Source: Paraspadella gotoi (taxonomy: Eukaryota; Animalia; Chaetognatha). Taken from it: a stretch of 64,000 nucleotides of DNA. The translations under genes were made by a program, and so were the position numbers. Below, one piece after another: positions 15,276 through 42,324 of the stretch. The stretch covers positions 14,906,682 to 14,970,681 of the forward strand of contig CM119264.1 in assembly GCA_051294375.1 (NCBI GenBank), written 5' to 3'. A model generated the notes under the pieces. It had not been told where the DNA came from and did no database searches. It saw only the letters and a list, made by a program, of their open reading frames with translations. How positions within the stretch are numbered: position 1 is the first letter of the stretch; every line of letters starts with the position of its first letter.

Positions 15276-18200
15276 AGGAAAGAAACAAAGAAGGAAAGAA
15301 ATAGAGAAAAGGAAATAATAGTGGAAAAGACAAAAAAAATCATGCCAATGCTACCAATTCTCTTTGAAAACAGAAAAGGTGCATAAGGCACGCAAATTTT
15401 GGTCACGTATGCATTCTTGCTTGCGTTTTTTTCATAATTTCCTGAGCTCAAACCATGACATTCGTGTCAACTGCCAAGTGTAATTTTGGTTTTACTATTT
15501 TTTCCTTATTTTAAATATATTTTATTCGTTATACATTTTTTAAACGTTATCCATATCCCTCTTCAGGAGTAAAATATCCTTTAATGTTTTGCAATTAGTT
15601 TCAAATTTCATAATTAATAAAGCTAAAAGTTGAATAATAACTTTAGTCGAAAACTGCTATAAATTCGAAAATTGCAATAACCAACTTTGCCATCGAGCAA
15701 ATTTTTTCTTGGGAAACGTGTTGTTGCTTCCATGAAACCAGTAAAATCAGAGTTTGATTGACTAGTAGATTAGACTAATCATTAGTCCTTTAAATCACCT
15801 CCGATTTTTTCTCCTTTTTAATCGATCCACTGTTTGCTTCCTACTAACCGCCCCTCGTCGGTCCGATTTGAAAACTTCACGTGATAAAGATTTTCGTCGC
15901 GTGACGACTATAGTAGTCACCTGACCTTCTCGAATGTCGTCGTGTGACGCTGGCAGTTTTTTATTTTTATTTTTTTTTGTGACGACTCGAGCGACATTTT
16001 ACAGCGTGCTATTGTCGACCTTGTTGACAGAACAATCCCTCTTTCTCCCTCAAAGTTTCTGAAAGTCCAAAAAAAATTTAATCGAAATCCAAAAATCGAA
16101 GAGGAAGAGAAGAATCACTGACTCACCTCGACGATTCGCCGCCGCTGGCGCAATTCGCCGCGGCCCTGCCGTTGACTGCCAACAGCCCCTGCAGCGCGGC
16201 GGCAGTCTGCGAGATCTGCGGCAACCAACTTACCGCAAACTTTGGTATTCCCGGGGAAAGACCTTAAACCGTCGACTTACTTCTCTCGGCTTAATTCTTT
16301 TTCCAGTTTTTAAAGAAAAAAAGAACAAATGACTGAATGAATGTATTGTGGAAAAAGCCGGTCTGGAAGCAGAAAATCCTGTACTGATTAAAATATAATG
16401 GGACTGCGCAGAAAAAAAATGTCGAATAAAAAATTAATAAGATCGCCCAAGAAATCAATAATAATCATGAAACAAAATAATGACGATGAAATCGCTCTTA
16501 TCACCAGCTCTTTTGGGAAACCGTGACCAATAACATTAAAAAACTAACAGATGACGAAAACAACCACTCATTAAAAAAGATAAAAAAGTCATTCCATAAC
16601 ATCGACGTCAATTGTCTCAGCTCAATTGCCTCTCACTCTTCCGCTCGTCATGTCCTCTCATCTTCACCGCGCCGAATCAAGCCCGCTCCTCACCAACGGC
16701 GCCCTCGATCGCGGCGACGCCGAGTGCCATCACATTCGAGTTCTCTGTCGGGTTCGACCACCGGTCGTCGCCGCCGCCTCCCCAAATAAAAAGGCATCCA
16801 ACGGGGAAACCGAATGGCGCAACTATTTGGGAGTGTCGCCGGGAAAGAGGGCGTCCGTGACGACGTCGATTTCAGAGAACGACCCCCTTTCGACGACGTC
16901 CACAATCCAGTTTCCGAACGCCGTCGTCAAGGGAGACGGTGGGGACGACGACGGAAAAATAGAGGCCTTGATCTTTGGCGACAAAATTTACGGCTTCACG
17001 AGAGTCTTTAAGCCGGACGCTAGCCAGGTTGATTTATCAACTATTCATCATTATTTTTTTTATTTTTTTAAAAAACTTTTGGAATTCTGCCGCCACCAGG
17101 ATAGTCTTTTCAACGCGGCAGCCCGTCCCCTTGTCAAAGACGTTCTTAACGGCTACAACGCTACAATCTTTGCATATGGACAAACGTCAAGTGGAAAGAC
17201 TCACACTATGGAGGGTTCTCCTTTTGGAGAGGTGAATATATAGCGTCTTTGTGCCCAGACCTTTGCGATCATATTTTTTTAAAATAAAAATCCAAATGAC
17301 AGATTTAAAACAATGAAAAAGAGCTCTCGTTTTTAGAAATTGTTCCAAATTTCCAATTAACATACTTTAGTTCTGTCTAGATGTTAAACGCAAGCAAACA
17401 TATTACATATTACATAATATAGTGACTACTTCTTCACTTTTCGTGTTAATGTTTTGTTTAATGGCGGTACCGCGCATAGCGCGCCCTGTTTCTGCGACGA
17501 TTAGAGACGTCTCCGAAGGTCGTCATCGATGTTCTTTCTTTTTATTTTCTTTTTATTCAGCCGTTCACATTTAACAGATTTTAGTGCCGGTCATTTCATA
17601 AATATTCAAAAACTTTAAAATCATTCCTACTAAGGTGCAGACAGTGCAGAGTGCATACGTAATTTTATAAAATATGATCAAATGTCTTAGTCCCTTTATA
17701 CCCCATTAAAGGATCCGGGACTGATTCCCCGTCTGGCGACCAACATTTTCGATTGCATCTTCGGGATGGACGAGCGGCTGGAGTTCACCATCAAAGTCTC
17801 CTTCTTCGAGATCTACATGGAAAAGATTCGGGACCTGCTCGACGTTTCAAAGGTTAGGATGAAGAAATTGAGGCGATGCAATATTTTAAAACGTAGTTTT
17901 GGCGTTTAATGTTATAATGAAAATTAATTTAAGTCAAACCTCGCCATCCACGAAGACCGCGACAAACAACCTTTCGTCGAAGGATGCACTGAAAGATTCG
18001 TTTCTTGTCCCGAGGAAATCCTCCAAATCATCCAAGACGGTGAGCGTAAGAGGCAATTGTCGCGGAAAAAGGCGGTTCTTCCGAAATACATTCTATGTAA
18101 ATGATTATAATTGTCAGTTTTAGAGTTTCTCAAGAATATAAGTTCAACGAAATACGTACTAAATGATAAAATGGACAGTTTTAAAGTTTTTTCTGAAAAT

Positions 18201-21200
18201 AAAGTCCTGTACTGTAGCACTATTAAGAGCAGCAAAATCCTATAAAGAATGTGTAGAAAGACGTGGCTTTCGGATGCTTCGTGTGTGAATTTATGACACG
18301 AATCTGAATCAATTTATATTCGTCAAGTCGTAAATCGTGTCTTCTCTCTTAACACAGGTCGAGCCAACCGCCATGTCGCCGTCACGAATATGAACGATCA
18401 CAGTTCTCGGTCTCACGCCGTTCTCCTCCTCAGAATCCAACAGGAAAACGTCGCTACAAACAAGAAACTCCTTGGCAAACTGCACCTGGTTGATCTGGCC
18501 GGCAGCGAGAAGGTGACTTCGCAGAGAGACCCTGATTGAAAGTGCAAATTATCGGGAAAAAAATATAATGGCTTATTAAAGTAGTAAAGAATAAAAAAAA
18601 CAAAAAAAAAAAAAAAACAAGATAAGTGGATAGATACGTTTATGAAAAAAAATGATATTTTCTTCTCTTTTCATCTCGATTCGATTCGTTGCCAACGATG
18701 TGAAGGTCGGAGTCGAGACCAACGCATGTGAGGTCAAGGAAAGTCGCTATATCGGGAAAAATCAGAGATTCAGGGGCATAGGTGGATGAAATAAGGGGAG
18801 GCGTCGACTGTCGAGCCTTGATAGATTGGGAGAAAGGGAATATATGGGGAAAGGGAAAGGGAATGTATGGGGAGCATGGTGGTTGCCGTTTTGGGCTAAC
18901 GTAAGTCTTATAACTTGAGCGTTGAGGGCTGTGGGTGTGAATCCAAGGACGGGAATCGAGGTCACTGGGGTCGAGATTATTTGATTCGTGGAAGGAATAA
19001 ATTACGGAGGTCTTTACTAGACGTCACCGATCTTCTGGTTAGAGAGAGTTTTTAGATGTTCGATATTCAAATATTTTAGAAACTACAATTCTTACGTTGT
19101 TAATATTTACTTTTAACACCATTTGAATCTATTTGTTTAGTACCTCGGGACATTTTTAAACTATTAAAACCCTATTCATCAAGTATGCATTTGCGGCGAT
19201 TCCAAGCGAACATTTTTTAGGTCCTCAGAAGAAATTCTAGATTAATCAATATTTTTCAATCATAAACCTTTTTTTTTTCCTTCCCGATTGATCTTCAGGT
19301 AAGCAAAACGGGAGCCGAGGGATCAACTCTAGACGAAGCGAAAGTCATTAACAAATCGTTGTTGGCGCTGGGGAACGTCATTTCCGCTTTGGCAGACGGC
19401 GCCTCCTTTGTCCCCTACAGATCCTCGAAACTCACCCGAATTCTGCAGGTGAATCACTTCGCGCTTATTTTCACGGTGAAAACAATAATTACATTGTGAA
19501 TGCTTGTAATGTGGTGTGGCAATTTTAACATTGAAAGAGAAGATACTGATACCCCGTGTCCCAAGTCAAACGTGAATGACATCAAATAAATCTTTATCAT
19601 ACCTTTACTCTTTCCCATCATATTTAATTCAGAATTTTAATTTTTTTTCTATTTATTTACTATAGAAAATTATTTTTTTAAAATCATCTGAAGAGGCTCG
19701 TGTAACATTTCCTTTATCAGTCGAGCAAAAAGATCGACTTGAGACTCATAAGTCCCGAATAATCATGACGTAAAAGACGACGATATGAGTGTGAAGATCG
19801 AAGGGATTTTCTCATGAAAAATATCCGCGGGGGACAAATCGTTTCGGAGCGAATGGCGATGGCCGCCGCGAAAACGCAGCGGGGAAAATGGGAGGAAAAG
19901 TCTGATCCTGACTTGAATCCTGAATAATACGGAGAAGAGTGGGAGAGAGGGAAGTGGAGAAGACCGTTGGTATCGGTTTTGTTTCGTATTTGCTATCTCT
20001 CCCTCTCACTTTTGTTTCTTCGCTTTTTCTTTTTGGCCACTAGGAGTCTCTCGGCGGAAACGCGCGCACGACGATCGTCGTTTGCGTCTCGCCCGACGTA
20101 TACAACGAATCAGAGACTCGGTCGTCTCTCCTTTTCGGATCCCGGGCCATGACGGTCAAGAATGTTGTGCAGGTAGTACAGGTTGCTGGGGTTTTTTTTT
20201 AAGATGCAAACAAAATCTGTAGAATTTTCTATAACTCATTTTTTGGTTTGTCGGTTTGTCTGTCTGTCTCTCTTATATTATGAATAATCATATTTTGGTT
20301 AACATCGCATTATTTTACTTTATTTGGTACAATATTAAATATGTACCATGAGTTGCTTAATATGAAAATATTTTATATTTATATAGTCAAAAAGTAAATG
20401 AGCTATAAATCGATAGTACTTAATCCTTAATCATTTCGGTTAATAATCGGCAAAGAGGTACATGGAATCATTGACATATTGTTTTGCATGCGTTTCATGA
20501 TATAATTATATAATAAAATCAAAATGTGGTCACTTGATCAGTAAGTTACTGTGTGTTAGTTCGTGTCAAACGTTTTTCTATACGTCCTTCCGTTTTAAAA
20601 GGTGAATGAAGAAGTAACGGCCGAAGAGTGGAAGGCGCGTTACGAGCGAGAGAAGGCCAAGAACGAGCGTCTCCTTCAGAAACTTCGCGGCGTTGTTAGT
20701 GACGGCAGCGGATGGACGCCGGGCGCTATTTGGACGGCGCCGTCCAGCACGCGCGACTCACTGTCGGAGGATGAAGAGGCCGATGACGTCGGTAGGCTGC
20801 GTCCAACGGTGTCGCCGTCTCGGGTCGAAGGAAACCGGCGTGCTGTTTCTATGGTGAATCTTTGCGGAATCGCGCTGTCGCCAGCGACACCGGAAGAGAC
20901 TCCCTCGCCCGCTGACTCAGTACCGAGGTTGGCGCCGTTCGACGACGAAGACGTCGAAACTCGTACTGGTGAAGACGGAGCCAGGCGTCGCATGTTTCCA
21001 TGTCCGGAATGCGTAAACCTTCAGAACGAGGCAATAGGTAAGCAGAAGTGTTGAAAGGCCAAGTCGAATGATCTCTCGCGAATAGAACGTCAGTCGAAAT
21101 AAATAAACTTGAAGAATAAACCTTGCGAAAGGGAAAAAAATATTGGTCTTTGTTTTAATGATTGGTTTATTGCGTGCCTGGTCGACATTATATTAGTATG

Positions 21201-21640
21201 AGAAAAAAAAAAGAAATTATGAATATTCTCCTAAGGCAAACCGAAAATTTTGCCCGTCACAAGTACGCATAAAAAAGTTCTAAAAAAATATTCGCTTAAT
21301 GCATAAATATGATATAACATGTATAAAAAATAACATGTATGATAAATAATAGAAAAATATACGCTAAACTATTCGCTTGAATATAAAAAAGATTAAAACA
21401 GAAAAGACAAAAATAGAAAATATATATAATTTCATTGTTTTATGAAAAATTGCAAGATTACTTGTTTTACTACATTACACTTTAAAATTTTTTATTAAAA
21501 TGTAAAAATAAATAAAATAAAAAATTCGAAAAACTTTGCTAAAAATAAATGTAAAAATTTAATTTAGTTCACTATATATTAGATTTAATTATATTCTATA
21601 TATTGAGTATATTCTTTTATAATGTAATGGGGAGAGTTAT
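10633..21640 (+). repeat. AT-rich interspersed repeat family, three copies (~10633-10970, ~12357-12660, ~21441-21640)
   Basis: Shared start tatgaaaaattgcaagat. Copies 1 and 2 also share gagcatctatacaacacaa..tctgccctagtttt..atattagacat. Confidence 0.7.
15100..15310. repeat. Purine-rich (GAAA)n microsatellite
   Basis: Direct inspection. Confidence 0.9.
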
Positions 21641-24463
21641 ATTTTATATTTAATACATTTATTATTTATTTTTTAATATTTTTTTTTATATATTCGAAGT
21701 AATTAAACAAGGTCATCAGTTGGGAACCTATAAGCTATAGGCTATATACTTCATGGATTTCGGCTCTTTAATCCCAATATCCAGATGTATATATTATATA
21801 TGTATTATATATATAATATATATATGTATATATATTATAGGCGAGCCATCATCAAATGGTGATCCTCTAAATTATTTTGTTTAAAAAAAAATTCTTTTTT
21901 AATATTATTAATTTTTTTAATTATTATTATTATCATTATTATTATTATTATTTCAGTGAATCGTGACGTGATTTCGAAACAAGCTCAACTCATCGACGAA
22001 ATCAAAAACCAAAGCTGGCAGATGGAATCGTTGACTCGCAAGACGAGAACCACCAACGCCTCCTTGGTGGCGGAAGTCGATTACCTCAGAGAGGTCTCTC
22101 ACCTATTCTTCCGCTGTTTGTTTAAAGTTATTTTTGCGTGTTTCTTAATCTTTGACTTTTTTCCTACGACAGCACAACGAGATCGCCAAGTCGGAAGTGA
22201 CCGAGCTGATGGCAGCGTTGGAGCAACTCGCCAAAGCCTATGACGAGAAAGAGGCGGAAGTGGAGGAGATGGTGGAGGAATTGAGGAGGAAGACGAGGGA
22301 AGGAGAGGAAGAGGAGCGAAAGAGAGAAGCGGAGGTGGCGAAGAGAGTATCAGAGGAGCGACTGAGTAAAGAAAAAGAGGAGAGAAGGCAGACCACGATT
22401 AAGTGGGTGGAAGAAAAGATTGAGGAGCTATCGATCATCTTAACGACGATGGAAAAGGCTCCGCTTGACGAAAAGAGGAGGGACGAGATCCCAAAAGTCG
22501 AGAAGATCCAGGATGATCCGCCTCACGAATCTGACGACGACACCGCCGACCAAATGGCGCGCCTTTTGCAACGTCTTAAGACCAAAACGACGACGCTTTT
22601 GCAACGAGTGGAGTCGCTAAGGCGGCGGCGAATAATTGAGGAAGAAAATATTCGGGCCTTGAAAAAAAAAATTCGGCGTTTGGAGGAGGGCACGACGGAA
22701 ACTGAGACAGAGTCGGCGATTTCACCGTCCTCGGAGTCGACGGCCGACTCCACCGACGAATCACGATCCTCTCATCCGCCGACACCGCCTTCGAGTTCCC
22801 GACTCTCCTCCACAAAATCCTTCGATTCTTTTGGCGATCCGCGACCCGCTTCGATGCGCAGCGACGACTCTCTTTTCGATCCTCGACCATGTAATCATGA
22901 AGTTGGATTCACAGAAACGGAGCGCACCTCGTTCATTCCAGAAATTTCGCCTCGGGTGTCAGAATACGACGCGCAGCGCGACGCAACTTTGGCCGAGACG
23001 CGTATGCGCATCTCCGAGCACGAGGAGCTCCTGCGGGCCGTCGACGAGGAAAACATAAGCCTCAACGCAGCGCTGGCGCGGCTGAGAGCGGAGGTCGGCA
23101 GGAAGGAAGAGGAAATCGTCATTTGGCGAGAAAAAGTTGAAGAGATGAAGAAAGCTGGTGCTAGTAGAGGGCCGCAAATGAGGTTGGACGCAGTAGATAA
23201 AAATGTCGGAACCGAGAACGCCAACGAGGAAAATGATAAAATTGTGTTTATGGATAAAAGTGTCGGCACAGAGGACATTAGAGTCGGCACGGTCGATATA
23301 GGCGTCGGCTCGGAAGAGACTATTTTCGACCATACTGATAAAAGCGTCAATGTCGCAGACTTAGCCGCTGCTCAGACTTACGAAGTGTTGCAGAGGGAAA
23401 GGTCGACTCGAGTAGAGACGAGCCGGTCATCGAGTCTTCAAGAGATGAGAAGCGAGAAATCCTCATCCAACTCGACCGAACCTTCCACCACTTCCTCGAT
23501 ACTCCATCTTCTCCCTCAACATCCTCGACGCATCCTTCCCGACACCATCGTTGTCGTCCCTCCCTCTAAATCTCCTCCCCTTTCCACCACTGAGTCGTCG
23601 GCGGCAACTCCCCCCGACTCCGGACTACCTAAGCTTCAAGAGCGTCTTCGCAAAACGATGGAACGTATCATGACTCTAGAGGCCAACTTGCAAATCGCCA
23701 AGGAAGGCGCAGTGCGGGATAGGTATAATAGCAAAAAAGAAGTATCAATAATAAATATAAAATAAAATACAAATAAAATACAAAATAAAATATAAATATA
23801 ACATACAAAATATTTAATGTAAAATATAAAAAATATTAAAATATAAAATACAAATACAAAATCAGAACACAAACTAATAACTCTTAATATACAAAAGAGA
23901 TTGACGAACTTTTGTCTTTTGTCTGTACAATGGGTCAAAGAAAAATTAAATTCATGAAATAAGTACACTGCGGCGCAAAAAAAAGTCACTTCTTTCACAC
24001 CAAAAAAAAAACTATATTGGATGGGTGAATTTCTCTGAGAAATAGAACCTAAAACAAAGTGTATTAAAAGATAATGCGATTGGTCCAGGTCCCATTAAAA
24101 TCAATGGTGTATTTAAAGCTACCTAGTGGCTTTTTTTTTTTGCGCCGCAGTGTATACAAAGCATTTTAATCCCTTTAAACATACAGAATCAAATCGTCAC
24201 TCATGGCAGAATCCTTGCGATCTAAGGTAGGCCGATCGGTGTCGCCGGCGCTGTTCCGCTCGGCGTCCCCCGTTACGGCGGCGCTGTTTAGGGGGGCGTC
24301 ATCGTCGGATGGGATTGCGTCGTCCGAATCTACGGTGGTCGGAAACTCGACTTTTCATCGAAGCGTAACGCCGTCCGTCGTTAAACCGATAAGAGGAGGG
24401 ACAAAGGCGTCGGCTTCTCTGTCGGCCTCAGCGTCGGCATCCTCTACTTTTTACGTCGATTGA
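16650..24463 (+). CDS. Divergent kinesin-1 heavy chain (KHC/KIF5-like), ~1196 aa
   Basis: Exons 16650-17027, 17100-17231, 17712-17852, 17934-18039, 18358-18512, 19299-19448, 20044-20172, 20602-21037, 21957-22093, 22173-23722, 24187-24463 (3591 nt, in frame). P-loop [47 protein letters not shown], neck [19 protein letters not shown] and IAK-like VVKPIRGG. Confidence 0.9.
23966..24152. mobile_element. Tc1/mariner-type MITE (187 bp) in the last kinesin intron
   Basis: TIRs CACTGCGGCGCAAAAAAAAGTCACT / AGTGGCTTTTTTTTTTTGCGCCGCAGTG, flanked by TA on both sides. A solo TIR copy lies at ~39544. Confidence 0.85.
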
Positions 24464-25132
24464 AAAAAAAACGAGCGTTGGCCACTACAACAATGACGAC
24501 TGACGCTTGCATAAATCTGAACGATAATCGCTATCCGCTAAAAGCTTAAATACGAATTTGTTTCCAATCAGTCTAAAATTACAGCTGGCCAAAGTATTGT
24601 ATTCTTTATTTAGCTACTACTCTTCCCCCTACTATATCTTTTCTTTTAGAAAATGATTTCGCTGCTGTGCACATTCCAAAAAAACTGAAGGAGCTAAGTT
24701 AGTTTAATTATTTTCGTTAATATCGTTTTTTAGACTTTCTGCCGATGTTGATCTCCCTGTCTTATTTATTTTTTAATCCGGAAATATAAAAAAAGGCAAC
24801 TTTAGTCGTAAATTTTTTTCTTGAGTTTTACCGACTAAGCTTTTGGCTCATCAACCACTTTCAACTTTTAAGAGACTCTTTTTTGCAATCACTTGTTTTA
24901 TTCTCGTTTAGTATTTTCTCAGACGCCTAGTACGAACAATTCGCAAAAATATTTAATTCATCTAATCAAAGTAATATGAATTTTGGGAAGGTTCCCACTT
25001 TTTAACTTCAGGTCAAAAATGAGATTATTAAAACAAATTAAAAAATATATAAACACATTCCGCCCGTATGTATAATAGTTTCTTTGTTTACAAAGTAAAA
25101 AGTTTTTATTAGACAACGATTTAGTAATTTTT

Positions 25133-25175
25133 AACGGACATGTTTCGGTTCTTGTTCGAACATTCATCAGCGCAA
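25133..25175 (-). ncRNA. Minimal type I hammerhead ribozyme motif (Penelope type)
   Basis: Minus strand TTGCG-CTGATGA-AT-GTTC-gaacaa-GAAC-C-GAAAC-AT-GTC-CGTT; the base of stem II is mismatched. Confidence 0.65.
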
Positions 25176-25482
25176 ATTATTTACAAAGTAACAATTTTTT
25201 GAAACTAAGTTGATATGAGAGACAGAGAGAGAGAGAGACCAAATTAAAAGTTGCCAACAAAGATTTGAGAAAGGACAGGGGTCAGATAAGTGAGGACAGC
25301 TTCAGTGAATAAGATTTTGAATTTAAATATACTTTTAGCAATGTACAAAAGATGTAAGTTAATAAACTTAACAGAGTTAAAAACTTTAAAAATGAACTCC
25401 CTCGTTCACTGAAACTGTCCTCACTTATCCTTTCTCAAATCTTTGTTAGCTTTTAATTTGCTCTCTCTTTCTCTCTCTTTCT

Positions 25483-25564
<82 letters not shown>

Positions 25565-25642
25565 ACTTATTCTCAAAAGTTTTCAATTTGTAAATAATTT
25601 GCGCTGATGAAGGTTTGAACAAGAACCGAAACATGTCCGTAA
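25134..25642. mobile_element. Inverted duplication of a Penelope-like terminal repeat with hammerheads at both outer ends
   Basis: 25134-25310 and 25405-25642 are reverse complements and include a GA/CT microsatellite of different length in each arm. A related fragment lies at ~35676-35720. Confidence 0.7.
25599..25642 (+). ncRNA. Minimal type I hammerhead ribozyme motif (Penelope type), intact core
   Basis: TTGCG-CTGATGA-A-GGTT-tgaacaag-AACC-GAAAC-AT-GTC^CGTAA. Stem I TTGCG/CGTAA, stem II GGTT/AACC, palindromic ACATGT stem III, predicted cleavage after C25637. Confidence 0.78.
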
Positions 25643-25966
25643 CATATCAAATCGTTGTTTAATTAAAATAAAAACTCTCAACTTTGTAAACGAAATTCGA
25701 AATACAACGAAACAGAAAGGAAATTAAATAATATTTTTTCATAATGTCTGAAAAAATACCTTTATGGCTTTTGCCTTAGGAGAAGAATTTAAAAAATGGA
25801 AACCTCAGGAAGATGGAAATGTAATTTCACAACAGAAAAAAAAAATTGATGAAGCTGATCCTGATTGTTGATTGATAGTCATACTCATAGCCGAGTCTCA
25901 TCTGTTTCGGGCCCCGGATCGAAAGCCCGGAATATCGATTTCAAACCCGGATTTATAAATAACCTT

Positions 25967-26819
25967 TTACATCCACATCGTCACCCTCCGGGTCACCATG
26001 GCCGCGTCCTCTCTCTTTTTTCTCAATTCGGGTGGCAAGGCCCTTTGCTCTAGCTCCTCACGCAGATCCGATGCCACTTCGCGCAGTGAGGTCGCGTAGC
26101 GCGCCCCCGCGGACGCCGGGGCGCATCGCGAGGCGGTGCCGTTACCTCCGCCGCCATCGCCGCCGCCGTAGAACCGCGGATTATGACGCATGAGGAACTG
26201 CGCAACGAAATTGACGGGATTAAAGTTTGTCTCCTCCGGTCGCCGTCGGCGTCGGCGTCGTCCTTCATCTTCGTCGACGCCCTCAACAACGCCGCGACGC
26301 GTTGCTTCCGCCAAGAGGCGTTCCATCGCTAAGACAACGCAGGGGACGACGTCGTTGACGAGAAACTCGAGAGTGTGGAGTCGTGGAGTGGAGGAACGCG
26401 CGACGGACCCCAGCCAATCGAGGGTGAGAACGTCGCGGGGGACGCTGCGGACGAGATGCTTGTTTTGGACTAAGATTCAAAAAAATTTCATGTGAAAAGT
26501 ATTATACGTATTTTAAAAAAAATGTACATAGTAATTTTTAATGAAACCTTTGAGAGTCGAAACTCTGATTTTATCTAGAATTCTCTTTTCGTAGTCTTCG
26601 GAGGGATCAGCGAATACGTTTTCTTTTGCGTCGCTCTCAGAATCTGGATATCAGAAACATGATGTTTCGACTTTTATAAGTTTTAAACGAGAATCTTGAA
26701 ATACATGTATATTTGTATAATTGTATGTATATATTAACTATTATTATCATAGACCAAGCTTTAAAAAGAACTGGTTTACCTTGAACCTCCGATGCACAAT
26801 TTTCATCCATTTTCGTCAT
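25967..26819 (-). CDS. Short EFCAB5-like protein (N-terminal conserved region only), ~212 aa
   Basis: Exons 26819-26780, 26643-26548, 26469-25967 (639 nt, phases consistent). EFLVNDVVPCVVLAMERLLAEATRRG..FNPVNFVAQFLMRHNPRF resembles the EFCAB5 N-terminal region as recalled. Confidence 0.65.
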
Positions 26820-27173
26820 TTTACATCCAAATTTAATTCAACAAAGGTCTTTTATTCAACCGAAAAAAAACATCAAAAGCTCCAGAACAGTAAGCAATTG
26901 TTATGGATGCATGTTTCCGAAGATTGTCATCGTCGCGATCGTCGTCGTCGGTGTCGTCTTGGTCAGCGTCGTCGTGGTCGTCGATATTTAGTCCCTATTT
27001 CTTTCTTTGACTGTATTCCTGTCATGTGCACCCGATCAGGACTTATAATATAGATTATTTATTATACAAGAAGCGTATAAATAATTATTAAAACATTTAG
27101 GTTGAAAAAACGTGATTACGATTACAAAGTTTAAATCTCAATGCTGTTTTCTTTTCAAGTTTTAAAACATAAA

Positions 27174-27264
27174 CCAATTCGATGTGTTTAACTGGTTTCA
27201 GATTGGTCAATCTATCTATTCTTCCCAAAATCTGATTGGCTCAAATCTCCGTTGACATAGTAAC
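27174..27264. promoter_or_regulatory. RFX X-box plus CCAAT boxes in a bidirectional promoter
   Basis: GTTGACATAGTAAC at 27251-27264 is a near-consensus X-box. CCAAT/ATTGG at ~27174, ~27202 and ~27235. Sits between the divergent ATGs at 26819 (-) and 27604 (+). Confidence 0.7.
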
Positions 27265-27603
27265 GGGGATTAAAACCATATCTCCTGTACTGCTACACCA
27301 AAATAACAATTTTGTTTTTAAAAAAATTTAGCGACTACCCTTCGAACGTTTTTACACAAAACGAAAACAGTTTATTACAAAAGGTTGCTGGGGGAACTTC
27401 TCGTAAAAGAAAATTAAAGAATTTTACAAATGTCTTAATCTGTTTTAAATTCATAACGCGATCTCGTCTTTCTAACGCTACGTCCAACGAAAAACTGCTT
27501 TAACACTAATTCCTTCTCTCATCTTCTTCCTTCCTTTTTTTTTCTTCCTTATTCTTAATCCTCTTCCCCCTTTCTCCATCACCCTCTCCAATCTCCACAA
27601 ACA

Positions 27604-41558
<13,955 letters not shown>

Positions 41559-41875
41559 AGAGGATGGTCGGAGGAAGAAGAAATGATGAATATGTGAGAA
41601 GTGAGAGATGGCGCCACGAATTCTTACTTATTTTTTGAGTGCAATCAAAACATATCGTCACCATTGAACTTGGTTAAATAAGTTTTTCATCATGCGTCAA
41701 CTAATTTTCAACAATGAATTTACCCTGCGAGTTGTGATTAAAACTTACTGTAGAACTATACTATTAAAATAATAAATTTTAGATTGAAATTTAATTTGCT
41801 TTTGCTAAACCGATACCAATTATTAAAAAAGAAATAGAACATAAAATTGCAATACAATTTTCCTAACTTGCCTAT

Positions 41876-42110
<235 letters not shown>

Positions 42111-42324
42111 TCTTTCACGCGAACACTTTTTGCGTTGGTTCGCAAATAGGAACGTGAAAAGTCTGACGCGACGAATATGCGAACCACATCATTATCGCAA
42201 TTTTTATCGAAAGCATTTATCAGAATTATGTGTACATATATAATGATAATATAAAGTATTAATATTAATGATAATAATGAAAAAATAATAAAAATTATAT
42301 AAAAATATTAAATTCATTCAAGTG

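Noticed and set aside
14989-15451. F/L/S-rich and K/E/R-rich ORFs, plus similar ORFs at 25446, 30859, 33475, 40209, 41847, 44418 and 46600
   Set aside because: Translations of microsatellites.
19686-19740. CTGAAGA-GGCTCG..CGAGC-AAAA hammerhead-like string
   Set aside because: GAAA core and stems I/III are not satisfied.
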